Source: Myxococcales bacterium
GTDB lineage: Bacteria; Myxococcota_A; Polyangia; Polyangiales; JAFGIB01
Reading direction: 5' to 3'
DNA length: 51,101 nucleotides
Assembly (NCBI GenBank): GCA_028817855.1
Contig: JAPPOT010000083.1
Location: 1 to 51,101, forward strand
Shown here: positions 1 to 9,901 of the stretch, piece after piece
How the letters are laid out: every line of letters begins with the position of its first letter
Position numbering within the stretch: the first letter of the stretch is position 1
Notes under the pieces: generated by a model
What the model saw: the letters and a program-made list of their open reading frames with translations, nothing else
What the model was told of the DNA's origin: nothing
The model's database searches: none
Translations under genes and position numbers: made by a program

Positions 1-426
1 GCGTGGGGGGTTGTTGCTGATGAACCACGTCGGTGGTGGTGGGGGCGGGCGCTCGCTGATCCACGCGCACTGGTGCGCGCGGATCCGCAAATCCCGGTGA
101 AGTCTTCTTGCCGTGACGCCCCTTCGCCAATGAGACGGTGATGGTACATCGATTCGCCCTGCGCCGGATCTGCTCGGATGTGCGACCCCCGAGCAGACTG
201 TGCGGATGCTCGACTACAATTTTTGTGTGACACTGTTCTGAGCTGTTGAGGGACGGCTCGAGCGAGGAGACCGATGCGCATTCGAACGCTATGCCTGATC
301 GTGATGCTGAGCGGCTGGGGCTGCGGGGGCGACGACGGTGGAGGCACGGAGACCTTTGCCGTGCCCAGCGACGGAGGCGCCGGCGCGCGATACGAGTGAG
401 ACGACGATGACGGCGCCTGGTACGGC

Positions 427-687
427 ATGTACTGCGATAACGTTCGCGACTGCGACGACAACGACCCGGACGTGACCGACCTCTGCTATCGCTGCCGCGA
501 GAACAATCCGGGCTGCCCGTGTGAGAAGGGCACCAGGCCCGAGTTCTGCGACCCCGACGACATCCAGACCACGATGAACGGCGTGACCGGAACGCTGGTC
601 TGCAGCGAGGGCACGCGCTACTGCCGCGAGGAGATGTGGAGCGACTGCGAGATCCTGTTGGAGTACGCCACGTTCATCCCGGACTGA
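427..687 (+). CDS. Cys-rich protein with a MopE-like putative metal-binding motif; probably the mature part of an interrupted lipoprotein gene
   Basis: 86-aa ORF with 10 Cys and a DCDDNDPDV motif. It is in the same frame as a 41-codon lipoprotein-type signal ORF (ATG 274, MRIRTLCLIVMLSGWGC), separated only by TGA at 397-399. Confidence 0.5.
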   Translation: MYCDNVRDCDDNDPDVTDLCYRCRENNPGCPCEKGTRPEFCDPDDIQTTMNGVTGTLVCSEGTRYCREEMWSDCEILLEYATFIPD

Positions 688-705
688 TCGGCCTGGCTGC
701 GCGGC

Positions 706-3081
706 TCACTTCACCAGGTGCAAGCGCCCGCCGGCCTCGGCGAATACCGTGAGGCCACCGAGTCGCGGCAAGAAGCCCCGCGGCGGTGGGCTCTGGCGCG
801 TGCCCTTGAGCAGGTGGAGCGTGACCCGTGACTTCTTGAAGTCGTACTCGGCGCGGTAGCTCGCGTCGCCCAGGTCCACGCGCAGCGGGAAGCGCTCGTC
901 GAGCGCCGCCTGCACGTCCGGGGGCAGTGGCTCGATCGTCAGGTCCGCTTCGGACAGGAGCTTGGCGTCCTCGCCGCTCTCCACGCCGAGCGCCTCCAGC
1001 CGCTCGAGCGTCCAGGCCTCGAGCTCGATCGCCGGCGGCAGCGCGTCCACCGGCATGCCGAGCCGGCCGCGCCGCGCCACCTCGCGCGCCAGGGTGCGTG
1101 CCTCCAGACGCAGGCGCGTCTCGACCAGCGCCCCCGTCAGCAAGCGACCCTGTTGGAAGAGCGTCGCGATCGTCTCCCGCGCCAAGCGCCCCTCCGGGAC
1201 GCGCTGCTCGCTCGCCAGCACGCGCTTCGCGTAGACCCGCTCGACGGTGGCGAGGGCCACGCCGCGCTCGAGGCCCGCTGCGCCCACCCGCTCGCGCCCG
1301 AGCTCGGCCTCGACCAGCTGACTCGGCGACAGCGGCATCGCCGCCGTGCACAGCAGGTGACGCTGACCCCGCGCGTCCGTGATCGCGCGCACGCCGAGCA
1401 CGGCGATGGCCTCGGGCAGCTTGCCCAGGTGCAGCGCGCTCTCGCGCGCCAGCTCGAGCTCGGTGCCGCCATTGCTGAACGCCACCCGACGCTTGCGCAC
1501 CCGGGCGACGTGGGCGCTGCGGCTGTCGGCGGCCAGCACCGTCGCCGCCAGGGCGCGCCGGTCGACTGTCGCATCCGCGTCCGCGCGCTCCACCCCGAGC
1601 GCCTCGCGCAGGCGCTTCGCGGTGCGACGGGCCTCCGAGAGCACCACCCCGCCCAGCCCGTGCTTGCGCGGCTCGCCCCGGCGTAGCGCCGTGATGGCCG
1701 CGCAGGCGTCGCAGCCCACCTCGCGCAGGTCGTCGCCCACTCTGGCTTCCGGGCTGGGCGCACGCAGGAAGAGCGGCCGTCCCGTGCCGAGCGCGGCGAC
1801 CAGATCGATCGCGTCCTGTAGGGTTCCGCGCTCGCGCGCCTCCACCAGCAGCCGCCCCAGACCCGGGTCGATCGGGAGCCCGAAGAGCTCCTCGCCGAGC
1901 GTGCTGATGCCGTCCCCGGGCGTGAGCGCGCCGAGGGCCCGCAGCTCGGTGCGGGCGTCCTCCACCGCGTGCGCCTTGGGGGCATCGAGGAAGGGGAGCT
2001 CCTCGACGCGCGCGCCGGCCGCAGCGGTGGCGAGCAGCAGCGGGCCCAGGGCCTCCCGGTGCACCTCGGGTGGTGTGGTCGCCTCCAGTACGGCCGCCCG
2101 ATCCCACAGGCGAATGCACACGCCCGGTCCGGTGCGACCCGCCCGCCCCGCGCGTTGCTCGGCGCTGTCGCGCGCGATCGGAGTGAGCGTCAGGTAGCTG
2201 CGCCCGTAGTGGTAGCGGGTGCGGCGTACGAGGCCGCTGTCGACTACGACGCCGATGCCGGGCACCGTCACCGAGGTCTCAGCCACGTTGGTCGCGAGCA
2301 CGACCTTCCGTCTGCGGCTCGGCGCGAAAGCGCGGCGCTGGGCTTCCAGGCTCAGCCCGCCATGCAGCTCGACCAGCTCCAGCTCCGCCAGGGAGGAGAG
2401 CGCGTCGGCGGCGCGCGCGATCTCGCCCTTGCCGGGCAGGAAGACCAGCACGTCGCCGGGAAGCGCTGCGCTCTGCTTCACCGCCTGCGCCACGCGCTGT
2501 TCGAGATCGCGGCCGTCCGGCAGCAGCACCCCGCCCGGGCTGTGCCGCACCTCCACCGGGTGCACTCGCCCGTCCACCTCGACCAGCTCGCCGCCGACAG
2601 CTGCCTTCACGCGCTGTGTCTCGAGCGTCGCCGACATCACGATCAGCCCCCGGTGGCTGCGCGCCACGAGCAATGCAAAGAGCAGGTCGGTCTCGAGCCC
2701 GCGCTCGTGAAACTCGTCCAGGATCACCACGTCGCGATCAAGCAGGTGGCGTGCGCGCAGCACCATGCCGGGAGTGGCGAAGAGCACCCGGGTGTCGTCG
2801 CCCATGCGGCGGTCGTCCCGCACCCAGTAGCCCACCGCCTCACCGAGGGGGCTGCCGGCCTCCTCGGCGACGCGCTCCGCCAGCGTCATGCAAGCCACCC
2901 GGCGGGGCTCCACGACCAGCACTGTGCCGGGGCAAAAGCGCGGTACGCGCGTGGACTTGCCCGAGCCGGTGGGCGAGGCGATCACCAGCGGGCCCGCCTC
3001 GAGGGCCGCCAGGATCCGCTCGCGGGCGCCGTCGATCGGGAGGGGGGGAAGCCGGGTCTCGGAGACGGGGGTGGAGGTCAC
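706..3081 (-). CDS. hrpB: ATP-dependent DEAH/DExH-box helicase HrpB
   Basis: 791-aa ORF with Walker A SPTGSGKST, DEFHER box, TNVAETSVT and QRAGRAGR helicase motifs, and a long HrpB-type C-terminal region. Confidence 0.85.
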   Translation of the reverse strand: MTSTPVSETRLPPLPIDGARERILAALEAGPLVIASPTGSGKSTRVPRFCPGTVLVVEPRRVACMTLAERVAEEAGSPLGEAVGYWVRDDRRMGDDTRVLFATPGMVLRARHLLDRDVVILDEFHERGLETDLLFALLVARSHRGLIVMSATLETQRVKAAVGGELVEVDGRVHPVEVRHSPGGVLLPDGRDLEQRVAQAVKQSAALPGDVLVFLPGKGEIARAADALSSLAELELVELHGGLSLEAQRRAFAPSRRRKVVLATNVAETSVTVPGIGVVVDSGLVRRTRYHYGRSYLTLTPIARDSAEQRAGRAGRTGPGVCIRLWDRAAVLEATTPPEVHREALGPLLLATAAAGARVEELPFLDAPKAHAVEDARTELRALGALTPGDGISTLGEELFGLPIDPGLGRLLVEARERGTLQDAIDLVAALGTGRPLFLRAPSPEARVGDDLREVGCDACAAITALRRGEPRKHGLGGVVLSEARRTAKRLREALGVERADADATVDRRALAATVLAADSRSAHVARVRKRRVAFSNGGTELELARESALHLGKLPEAIAVLGVRAITDARGQRHLLCTAAMPLSPSQLVEAELGRERVGAAGLERGVALATVERVYAKRVLASEQRVPEGRLARETIATLFQQGRLLTGALVETRLRLEARTLAREVARRGRLGMPVDALPPAIELEAWTLERLEALGVESGEDAKLLSEADLTIEPLPPDVQAALDERFPLRVDLGDASYRAEYDFKKSRVTLHLLKGTRQSPPPRGFLPRLGGLTVFAEAGGRLHLVK

Positions 3082-3129
3082 GCTTTTGCTTGGGTCGGGA
3101 CAGCGGGTAGGCTACTCCTCCATCGAGCC

Positions 3130-4059
3130 ATGAAGGAAGGCAGCAAGAAAGCCGTCGTCGCCGCCCTGATCGCCAACGCCGGCATCGCCGTCGCGAAGTT
3201 CATCGGCTTCGCCATCACTGGCGCGAGCTCCATGCTGGCCGAGGGGGTGCACTCGGTCGCGGACAGCGGCAACCAGGCGCTGCTGCTGCTCGGCAGCGCG
3301 CGTGGCGCCAGGAAGGCCACGCCCGAGCATCCCTTCGGCTACGGCCCGGAGCGCTACTTCTGGGCCTTCATCGTCGCGCTGGTGATCTTCATGCTCGGGG
3401 GCGTCTTCGCGATCTACGAGGGCGTGCACAAGCTCTCCGATCCGCATCCGCTCCAGTCGCCCCTGATCGCGATCGGCATCCTGTCGGTCGGCATCCTGCT
3501 CGAGGGGTGGTCCTTCTGGACCGCGATCAAGGAGGCCCAGCGGTATCGCGGCCAGGCCAGCTGGTGGGAGTTCATCCGTCGCACGAAGCACGCGGAGCTG
3601 CCCGTCGTGCTGCTCGAGGATCTGGGCGCGCTCGTCGGCCTGGTGTTGGCGGTGGTCGGCATCAGCTTGGTCATGGTGACCGGCGACCCGCGCTGGGATG
3701 CGATCGGCAGCATCTCGATTGGCGTTCTGCTCACCCTGATCGCCGTGGTGCTCTCGATCGAGATGCGCAGCCTGCTGATCGGCGAGGCCGCCTCGCCCAA
3801 GCGCATCGCCGCCATCGGCGAGGTGATCAAGAGCCAGCCGCAGGTGCGCGCCCTGATCCACATGAAGACCATGCACCTGGGACCCGATCAGCTGCTGGTC
3901 GGGGCCAAGGCGGAGTTCGACTCCGGGCTCTCCTTCCAGGAGCTGGCGGACGCGGTGAACGCGACCGAGCGCGCCATCCGTGAGGCGGTGCCCGAGGCCA
4001 CGGTGATCTACTTGGAGCCCGACGTGAAGCGCGAGGCGGCGGACGACGCCGCGAGCTGA
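3130..4059 (+). CDS. Cation diffusion facilitator (CDF) family metal efflux transporter
   Basis: 309 aa from ATG 3130, which is internal to the long track ORF 1969-4059. Multiple TM segments, HSVADSGNQ motif in an early TM helix, and a C-terminal cytoplasmic domain typical of CDF proteins. Confidence 0.8.
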   Translation: MKEGSKKAVVAALIANAGIAVAKFIGFAITGASSMLAEGVHSVADSGNQALLLLGSARGARKATPEHPFGYGPERYFWAFIVALVIFMLGGVFAIYEGVHKLSDPHPLQSPLIAIGILSVGILLEGWSFWTAIKEAQRYRGQASWWEFIRRTKHAELPVVLLEDLGALVGLVLAVVGISLVMVTGDPRWDAIGSISIGVLLTLIAVVLSIEMRSLLIGEAASPKRIAAIGEVIKSQPQVRALIHMKTMHLGPDQLLVGAKAEFDSGLSFQELADAVNATERAIREAVPEATVIYLEPDVKREAADDAAS

Positions 4060-4400
4060 TGGCGGCCTGCTACCAGTTGGTCTTCTGCGTGGGGCCGCGC
4101 TGCTGCACGCGCGGGTGCCCGGGCGATCTGATCGACCAAGCCGCGCGCGTCCGCGACGCTGACCCCGCGCTGCGCGGCCGCGTGCACCTCGGCACCTTCG
4201 ACTGCCTGGCGCGCTGCCCGGCCGGGCCCAATGTGATCGTGCGGGCCCTGGGCAAGGATGCGCTCGACCCCGGCGAACCTGGCATGCGCGACCTGGACGG
4301 GCGGCACTACTGGTCCGTGGATGAGCCCATGTTGGAGCGCATCCTGCGCGAGGACTGTCGCGACGGACGCCCCATCGAGGGCCGCCACCAGCGCTATTGA
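4059..4400 (+). CDS. Thioredoxin-like [2Fe-2S] ferredoxin-domain protein
   Basis: 113 aa with Cys pattern CVGPRCCTRGC...CLARCPAGPNV. The ATG overlaps the CDF stop (TGATG). Confidence 0.5.
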   Translation: MAACYQLVFCVGPRCCTRGCPGDLIDQAARVRDADPALRGRVHLGTFDCLARCPAGPNVIVRALGKDALDPGEPGMRDLDGRHYWSVDEPMLERILREDCRDGRPIEGRHQRY

Positions 4401-4466
4401 CGGGCCGGATCGCGATCGTTGGCGGCCTCCCCACCGGGACGGCGCCCGGCCTGATATGATTGCCCA

Positions 4467-4937
4467 GTGCTGCCCCCGCGTCGAACCCGGAAAACCGTCG
4501 CGCTGGTCCTGCTACTGGCCGTGTTCCCGCTGGTCGCTTGTGACTGCGGTGACGGTGAGCCCACGGACGAAGACTTGATCGAGAAGTTCATCGAGGACGT
4601 CACCGGTGACGTGGACGCCGGCTACGTCGCGCGCTGCCTCGCCTACGTGGACTTCGAGCGCTACCCGATCGACGTGCGCGTGCCCCACCACGCCGGCGTC
4701 TACAACGCCGACCGCAGCGACGAGATCCTCGGCCGCTTCCGCCAGGTGATAAAGCGCCGCTTCATGGGCAGCGAGCTCAAGCGCCGCAGCAGCAACTTCG
4801 AGATCGACGGCGACAAGGCCGAGGTCAAGCTGGCACTGCTCAGCGCGGTCGGTCCCTTGCGCGCAGAGATCACGCTCGAGAAACCCGCTCCCGGCACCTG
4901 GCTGGTCTCGAGGGTCCACATCGAACCACGCTTCTAG
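4467..4937 (+). CDS. Hypothetical lipoprotein
   Basis: 156 aa. Signal peptide with lipobox-like LVAC (MLPPRRTRKTVALVLLLAVFPLVAC) and protein-like composition. Confidence 0.5.
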   Translation: MLPPRRTRKTVALVLLLAVFPLVACDCGDGEPTDEDLIEKFIEDVTGDVDAGYVARCLAYVDFERYPIDVRVPHHAGVYNADRSDEILGRFRQVIKRRFMGSELKRRSSNFEIDGDKAEVKLALLSAVGPLRAEITLEKPAPGTWLVSRVHIEPRF

Positions 4938-4980
4938 TCCCCAAGCCCCGCCCCAGCCCGAGCGCCCTGGCGCGTCCGGG

Positions 4981-5919
4981 CTAAAGCCCGAACTGGTCCC
5001 GGTGGGCGTCCATGTACTCGACGTAGTACGCCGAGTCCCGGTGTGCCTCGATCGCGCCGGCCTCCACCTGCGCCTCGAGCGCGCGCTTGAGGTCGCCGAT
5101 GCGACGCGAGGGCGGCAGACCGAAGTGCTTCATGATCGCGTCGCCCACACCCTTGGGTAGGGGGGGCACCACCGCGTCCTCCGCTGCCAGCTTCTCGATC
5201 CGGCTCGCCAGCTCGCTGATCTGGCGCAGGCCGCGCTTGCGCCGCTCGGGGCGCTTGGTCGTGATGTCGGCGCGGCTCAGGTCGAGCAGATCCTTGAGGC
5301 CCTCGCCCATGTCGCGCGCGAAGCGGCGCACGGCCGAGTCCGTCCAGCCGCGGTCGTACTGGCTCGCGCGCAGGTGGTAGAGGATCAGGTAGTGCACACG
5401 GTCGTAGAGCGCGCCCTCGAAGCCGAGCCGCTTGGCGACGCGCTTGCGGAACATGGCGGCGCCCACCTCGCTGTGGCCGAAGAAGTGCACCTGCCCGTTG
5501 GGTTCGATCTTCCGCGTCTTGACCTTGCCGATGTCGTGCAGCAATGCGCCCCAGCGCACCTCGAGGCGCGGGACGGACTGCCACACCACCTGCTTGGTGT
5601 GCTTCCAGACGTCCTTGTGCCGCCACTCGCCATCGCCGAAGCCGACCAGCGCCTTGATCTCGGGCAGCCAGACGTCAAGGGCACCGCAGACCAGCAGCGC
5701 GTCCAGCCCGTCCTGGGTGTGCTTGCCGAGGAGCAGCTTGTCGAGCTGCCCGCGAACCTCGGACAGGTCGAGCGCGAGCAGCTCCTCGCGGGTCGGGGTC
5801 TCGGGTGGTGCATCCAGGGCCGCGGGGTCGCACGTGCCCACGCGGGCGGCCCAGCGCAGCGCGCCCAGGGCTCGCTCACGGCCCTCATTCGCATCGGGCG
5901 TGGTGGCTTGTTCCAGCAT
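4981..5919 (-). CDS. HD-domain phosphohydrolase (resembles the CCA-adding-enzyme C-terminal region)
   Basis: 312 aa from the internal ATG (MLEQATT) of track ORF 4981-7260. HD motif region ALLHDIGK...FFGHSEVG. The upstream part of the long ORF is antisense to the next gene. Confidence 0.65.
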   Translation of the reverse strand: MLEQATTPDANEGRERALGALRWAARVGTCDPAALDAPPETPTREELLALDLSEVRGQLDKLLLGKHTQDGLDALLVCGALDVWLPEIKALVGFGDGEWRHKDVWKHTKQVVWQSVPRLEVRWGALLHDIGKVKTRKIEPNGQVHFFGHSEVGAAMFRKRVAKRLGFEGALYDRVHYLILYHLRASQYDRGWTDSAVRRFARDMGEGLKDLLDLSRADITTKRPERRKRGLRQISELASRIEKLAAEDAVVPPLPKGVGDAIMKHFGLPPSRRIGDLKRALEAQVEAGAIEAHRDSAYYVEYMDAHRDQFGL

Positions 5920-6045
5920 CGTCGGTCTCGGATCCGCGCAGGGGGCGGCACGCGGGGTCGCGAATCTATAGTGCAATTTTCGCGGGTGTAAATGCCAGGG
6001 GCCGCGGAATCCCGCGATTTCAGGGTATGATCCGCGACCACCGCG

Positions 6046-7665
6046 ATGGCCGCGAGCTCCCACGACAAGGGTCGCATCTGGCTGCTCCCCTTCTCGATTC
6101 TGGCGGGCGTTGCCCTGAGCGTGTTCGTCCTGACGCACCTGGTGGACGCCTCGGGCAGCGCCGACCCGTGGCGCGTGCTGGATCTGATCATCCACCCGAA
6201 CCCCCAGGCCGCCGCCTCCACCCTCGCGAATGCGGGCGAGATCGTGGCGGCGGTGCTGGCCATCGCCCTGACCGTCGTTGCGATCATCGTGGAGCTGGCG
6301 AGCAACCGCTACACCCACCGCGTGACCGAGCTGTTCGTGAGCGAGCCGGTGAACTTCGCGGTCATGGGGCTGTTCGTGGTCACGGCCCTGCAGGGTGTGT
6401 GGGTCACCATGACGTTCGACTACACACCCGGCGCCGGTGGCTTCGTCCCCTACGCCGGCATCGGCGTCTCGATGGGGCTGCTCACGCTCTGCCTGCTCGT
6501 CCTGATCCCGTACTTCAACTTCGTCTTCGCCTACCTGAACCCGATCCGCATCGTCGAGCGCATCTCGAGCCACACCCTCGGTGGCATCGCGGGCCAGGGG
6601 CGTGGCGACGCCGCCGCAAGTCAGCGCGAGGCGGTGCGCGGCGTCGAGCAGCTGGCCGACGTGGCCCTCAACGCGATGCAAAACCGCGACAAGGGCGTCT
6701 CGATGGCCGCGGTCGACGCGCTGGCCGATCTGATGCGCGACTACCAGCAAGGGGTCGGCGGTTTGCCGGATGCCTGGTTTCGTGTGGAGGGGGAGCTCGC
6801 CCACAACCCGGACTTCGTCTCGATGGATCCCGCCATCCTCGCCCAGATCGGGGAGCGCCGGATCTGGTTCGAGATGAAGATCCTGCGGCAGTATCAGATG
6901 GTCTATGGCGAGGCCCTCAACCGGATGCGGGACATCAACTACCTGATCGCGATCAACACGCGGTTGCTGGCCGAGGACGCAGCAGCAGAGCGGCGCCGCG
7001 AGCAGCTCCACCTGCTGATGAAGTTCTTCAACACCTACCTGCGCGCCGCGATCAACGCCAAGGACGTGCGCACTCTCTACAACGTCTGCCACCAGTACCG
7101 CATGCTCGCCCAGGCGCTGGTCGAGCACCGCGACGGCGCCTACGCCGTCGAGATCGCGCGCTACTTCAAGTACTACGGGCTGCTCGCCTACAACGCGCAC
7201 CTGCCCTTCATTCTCGAGACGGTGGCCTACGATCTCTGCACGCTCTGCGAGTACGCCCACGGCAAGCGCAAGGAGGTGCTCGACGAGCTACTCAAGATCC
7301 TGCTGGCTGTCGACCGCACGAGCGAGGGATCCGTCCAGGAGGCGAGCCTGCGCGGTGTGCGCAAGGCCCAGGTGAAGCTGGCGACGTACTTTCTGGCCGC
7401 CGACGACGAGGGGCTCGCCCGCACCATCCACGAGGACATGGCGGGCGAGGATCCACAGCGGATGGCCTCGATTCGGGACGAGCTCTTCAGCATCAAGTCG
7501 CCCGAGTACTGGGAGGTGATCGACCGCGGCGCCAACTTTGACTACCTGGAACCCGAGCGGCGCGCCACGTTGCAGCGCTTCTTCGGCTGGTTCCCCGAGC
7601 TGCCGACGGCGCAGGCCACGCTGGTCAGCCACATCCCCGCCGCCCCCGGCGAGGAAGCTGGCTGA
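6046..7665 (+). CDS. DUF2254-like integral membrane protein
   Basis: 539 aa with N-terminal TM helices. The segment VVAIIVELASNRYTHRVTELF resembles the conserved DUF2254 signature. Large soluble C-terminal part. Confidence 0.5.
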   Translation: MAASSHDKGRIWLLPFSILAGVALSVFVLTHLVDASGSADPWRVLDLIIHPNPQAAASTLANAGEIVAAVLAIALTVVAIIVELASNRYTHRVTELFVSEPVNFAVMGLFVVTALQGVWVTMTFDYTPGAGGFVPYAGIGVSMGLLTLCLLVLIPYFNFVFAYLNPIRIVERISSHTLGGIAGQGRGDAAASQREAVRGVEQLADVALNAMQNRDKGVSMAAVDALADLMRDYQQGVGGLPDAWFRVEGELAHNPDFVSMDPAILAQIGERRIWFEMKILRQYQMVYGEALNRMRDINYLIAINTRLLAEDAAAERRREQLHLLMKFFNTYLRAAINAKDVRTLYNVCHQYRMLAQALVEHRDGAYAVEIARYFKYYGLLAYNAHLPFILETVAYDLCTLCEYAHGKRKEVLDELLKILLAVDRTSEGSVQEASLRGVRKAQVKLATYFLAADDEGLARTIHEDMAGEDPQRMASIRDELFSIKSPEYWEVIDRGANFDYLEPERRATLQRFFGWFPELPTAQATLVSHIPAAPGEEAG

Positions 7666-7696
7666 CGCGCGCCGGCACTGTGCTATGTGAGAAACG

Positions 7697-8554
7697 GTGA
7701 CACGCGCCAAGCTCACGGCACTGCTCGGTGTGTGCATGCTCTTGCTCGCGTCCGGTCGCGCCCGCGCTGACGGCATCGACCTGTGGCCCGACACCGGCCG
7801 CGGCGCGTTGGCCGGCCGCGTGGGCTACTACGAGGGCGAGCAGCTCTCCGTCGTGCAGCGCGTGGTCGTGCCGGTCTTTGCGGGGCACCACGCGTTCAGT
7901 GAGCGCTGGTCGATCTCGGCCGAGGGCGGCTTCGTGTTCGTGCACAGCGACCCGGAGCAGGGCGACAGCGACCACGCCTTCGGGGTCGCCAATCCGGCCG
8001 GCCTGGCCTTCTTCACCCCCTGGCCGCAGGCGCGTCACCAGCTGCGCTTCGGGCTGGGCGGGAGCCTGCCCATGTCCCTGATCGCGCGCGGTCCCCGCGG
8101 CCGGCTGCAGCGGGCGGGCATCTCCAACGCCGCCGGGATGGAGGGCCTGGGGCGTATGGAGCTTTGGTCCCCCTCGCGCGGCGCCTTCCTCGGCACAGTC
8201 CAGCTGCGCGGGCCGATCTCGGACCTGAGCCAGTACGAGCTGCAGCTGCGGCCCGCGTTGCCGCTCGCGATCGTGCGCCGGGTGGACGAGAACCGCACGG
8301 ACCTCTTCGTCCCGATCGTGGCGGGCGTCCGCTCACGCAACGCCCGGCTGGAGGGCGGTATTCGCATGATCGCGGTGCTGACACCGACCAGCAACGTCGA
8401 TGCGCTGCAACTATCCCTCTCCCCGCACGTACGTCTTCACGAGGGCGATGGTTGGCTGGGCCTGCGCGTCGTGGCGCCGCTCGACGAGCCCCTCTCGGGG
8501 CGGCGCGGGCCGCGGCTGTGGGGGCTCTTCCTGGAGTCTGGAGGTAGCCTGTGA
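7697..8554 (+). CDS. Secreted or outer-membrane hypothetical protein
   Basis: 285 aa, GTG start, cleavable signal peptide (LLLASGRARADG), Gly/aromatic-rich alternating pattern. The stop overlaps the next gene start. Confidence 0.4.
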   Translation: MTRAKLTALLGVCMLLLASGRARADGIDLWPDTGRGALAGRVGYYEGEQLSVVQRVVVPVFAGHHAFSERWSISAEGGFVFVHSDPEQGDSDHAFGVANPAGLAFFTPWPQARHQLRFGLGGSLPMSLIARGPRGRLQRAGISNAAGMEGLGRMELWSPSRGAFLGTVQLRGPISDLSQYELQLRPALPLAIVRRVDENRTDLFVPIVAGVRSRNARLEGGIRMIAVLTPTSNVDALQLSLSPHVRLHEGDGWLGLRVVAPLDEPLSGRRGPRLWGLFLESGGSL

Positions 8555-9873
8555 GGATGTCACCCGGGATGGCGCTGGCGCTCGCGTTGCTCATTGCGGG
8601 CACGCTCGGCTGCGGGCGTGTGGATTCGCTCGAAGCCTGCGACATCCTCAAGGCCGAGTGCCAGGAGGATGCCTACTACGCGGTCGTGCGCATGCGCGGT
8701 GACGGCTTCGATCCCTTCGGTGGGGTCCCACCCATCCGCACGATCAGCCTGGAAGAGTACCGCGCCTCCCTCGAGGACGACGAGCCCGAGGCACCGGAAC
8801 CGGAGGAGCCAGACGACGAAGAGCCGGAGGAACCGGCAGACACGCGCAGCCCACGCTCGCGCGCCTTCGACACCGCACTGTCCATGCTCGGCCTGCTGTC
8901 GCCCACGACGACCAGCTCGCAGGCGGCGGTCGACGACGCGGTGGGGAACGTGGTCGCGTACTACAGCGGCAGCACGGGGGCCGTCACGGTCATCGATCGG
9001 GGGGGCGAGCGCCGTTTCGAGCGGGAGTGCTCGACCCTCGTGCACGAGCTGATCCACGCCTTCCAGTCGCGCGAGCCGCCGATCGGCTACACGGACGGAA
9101 CCGTCGACGACACCTTCGCGCGGCGGGGCTTGATCGAGGGCGAGGCCGAGCTCTACGAGCAGCTGTCGATCTCCGAGATGCGCGACGTCGCACCGGTGAA
9201 GCTCAAGTGGGACGAGTTCTACGAGGACTGGCTGGCCGGCTCCCGGCGCCGCCTCGGCAACGCGCGCCAGCCCTACTTCAGCGTCAGCCGTGGGTTCGCC
9301 TATCCGCTGGGGGGGCATCGCCTGGTCGGCGCCTGGCTCGAGGGCGGCAATGCCCTGGTCCGCTCTCTCTTCGACGATCGTCCGCGCACCTCGCACTTCT
9401 TCATGTCGCTCGGCACCGGCGTGGAGCGTCGCGAGGCCGTACCGACCTCCTGTCCCTCCGACCCGCCCAACGGGGACATGCAGTCCCTGATCCTCGACCG
9501 ATTCGGCGCGGCCCAGCTCTACGCCTTCCTCACGGTGCAGCTCGAGGACGACCCGCTCGCCTGGGAGCAGGCCCTGGGCTGGCGCGGCGACGCCCTGCGC
9601 ATCTACGGCGACGAAGACGCCGAGCAGGTGGCGCTGAGCTGGCGCGTGCTGCTCGACGATGCCGACAAGGCGAGTTTGCTGGAAGACGTGCTCGAGCAGG
9701 CCCAGCAGGAGGCCACTGCCGAAGCCGAGATGGCGGAGGACGAAGGCGACGACGATCCTCCGTTGAAGCTGGGCATCTACAAGGCCACGGCCGAGGGCGA
9801 GTACTTGGTGATCCAGGCCGCCACTGAGGCTGAGCTGCTGGACGGCTGGCGCGACGGCTTCGGCTGCAACTAG
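8551..9873 (+). CDS. Putative zinc-metallopeptidase lipoprotein (HExxH)
   Basis: 440 aa with lipobox LGC (LLIAGTLGCG), an acidic low-complexity linker, HELIH zinc motif followed by EGEAE. Confidence 0.5.
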   Translation: MRMSPGMALALALLIAGTLGCGRVDSLEACDILKAECQEDAYYAVVRMRGDGFDPFGGVPPIRTISLEEYRASLEDDEPEAPEPEEPDDEEPEEPADTRSPRSRAFDTALSMLGLLSPTTTSSQAAVDDAVGNVVAYYSGSTGAVTVIDRGGERRFERECSTLVHELIHAFQSREPPIGYTDGTVDDTFARRGLIEGEAELYEQLSISEMRDVAPVKLKWDEFYEDWLAGSRRRLGNARQPYFSVSRGFAYPLGGHRLVGAWLEGGNALVRSLFDDRPRTSHFFMSLGTGVERREAVPTSCPSDPPNGDMQSLILDRFGAAQLYAFLTVQLEDDPLAWEQALGWRGDALRIYGDEDAEQVALSWRVLLDDADKASLLEDVLEQAQQEATAEAEMAEDEGDDDPPLKLGIYKATAEGEYLVIQAATEAELLDGWRDGFGCN

Positions 9874-9901
9874 CTAGGACGCATCCCTAGATGGGTCCTA
9901 G
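9874..9901. terminator. Hairpin between convergent genes (CTAGGAC-N14-GTCCTAG)
   Basis: 7-bp perfect stem spanning the gap between stop codons at 9871-9873 (+) and 9898-9900 (-). No U tract. Confidence 0.3.

Noticed and set aside
397-399. The in-frame TGA read as selenocysteine.
   Set aside because: No convincing SECIS-like stem-loop lies within ~40 nt downstream, and no sel genes are in the window. It is kept only as an unlikely alternative under the first finding.
1969-4059. Track ORFs that look like giant fusion proteins: 1969-4059 (696 aa), 4981-7260 (759 aa), 35253-38648 (1131 aa) and 42083-44512 (809 aa).
   Set aside because: Only the C-terminal portions carry real family motifs (CDF, HD, CapA and EboE-like respectively). 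The N-terminal extensions are low-complexity read-through over neighbouring genes. Internal starts at 3130, 5919, 37032 and 43306 fit the adjacent stops, mostly as ATGA overlaps.
5947-5961. GGCACG-CGGGG-TCGC upstream of the DUF2254 gene as a sigma-54 promoter.
   Set aside because: The GG to GC spacing is one nucleotide too long and the -12 half is TCGC. Sigma-54 promoters do not tolerate this spacing change.
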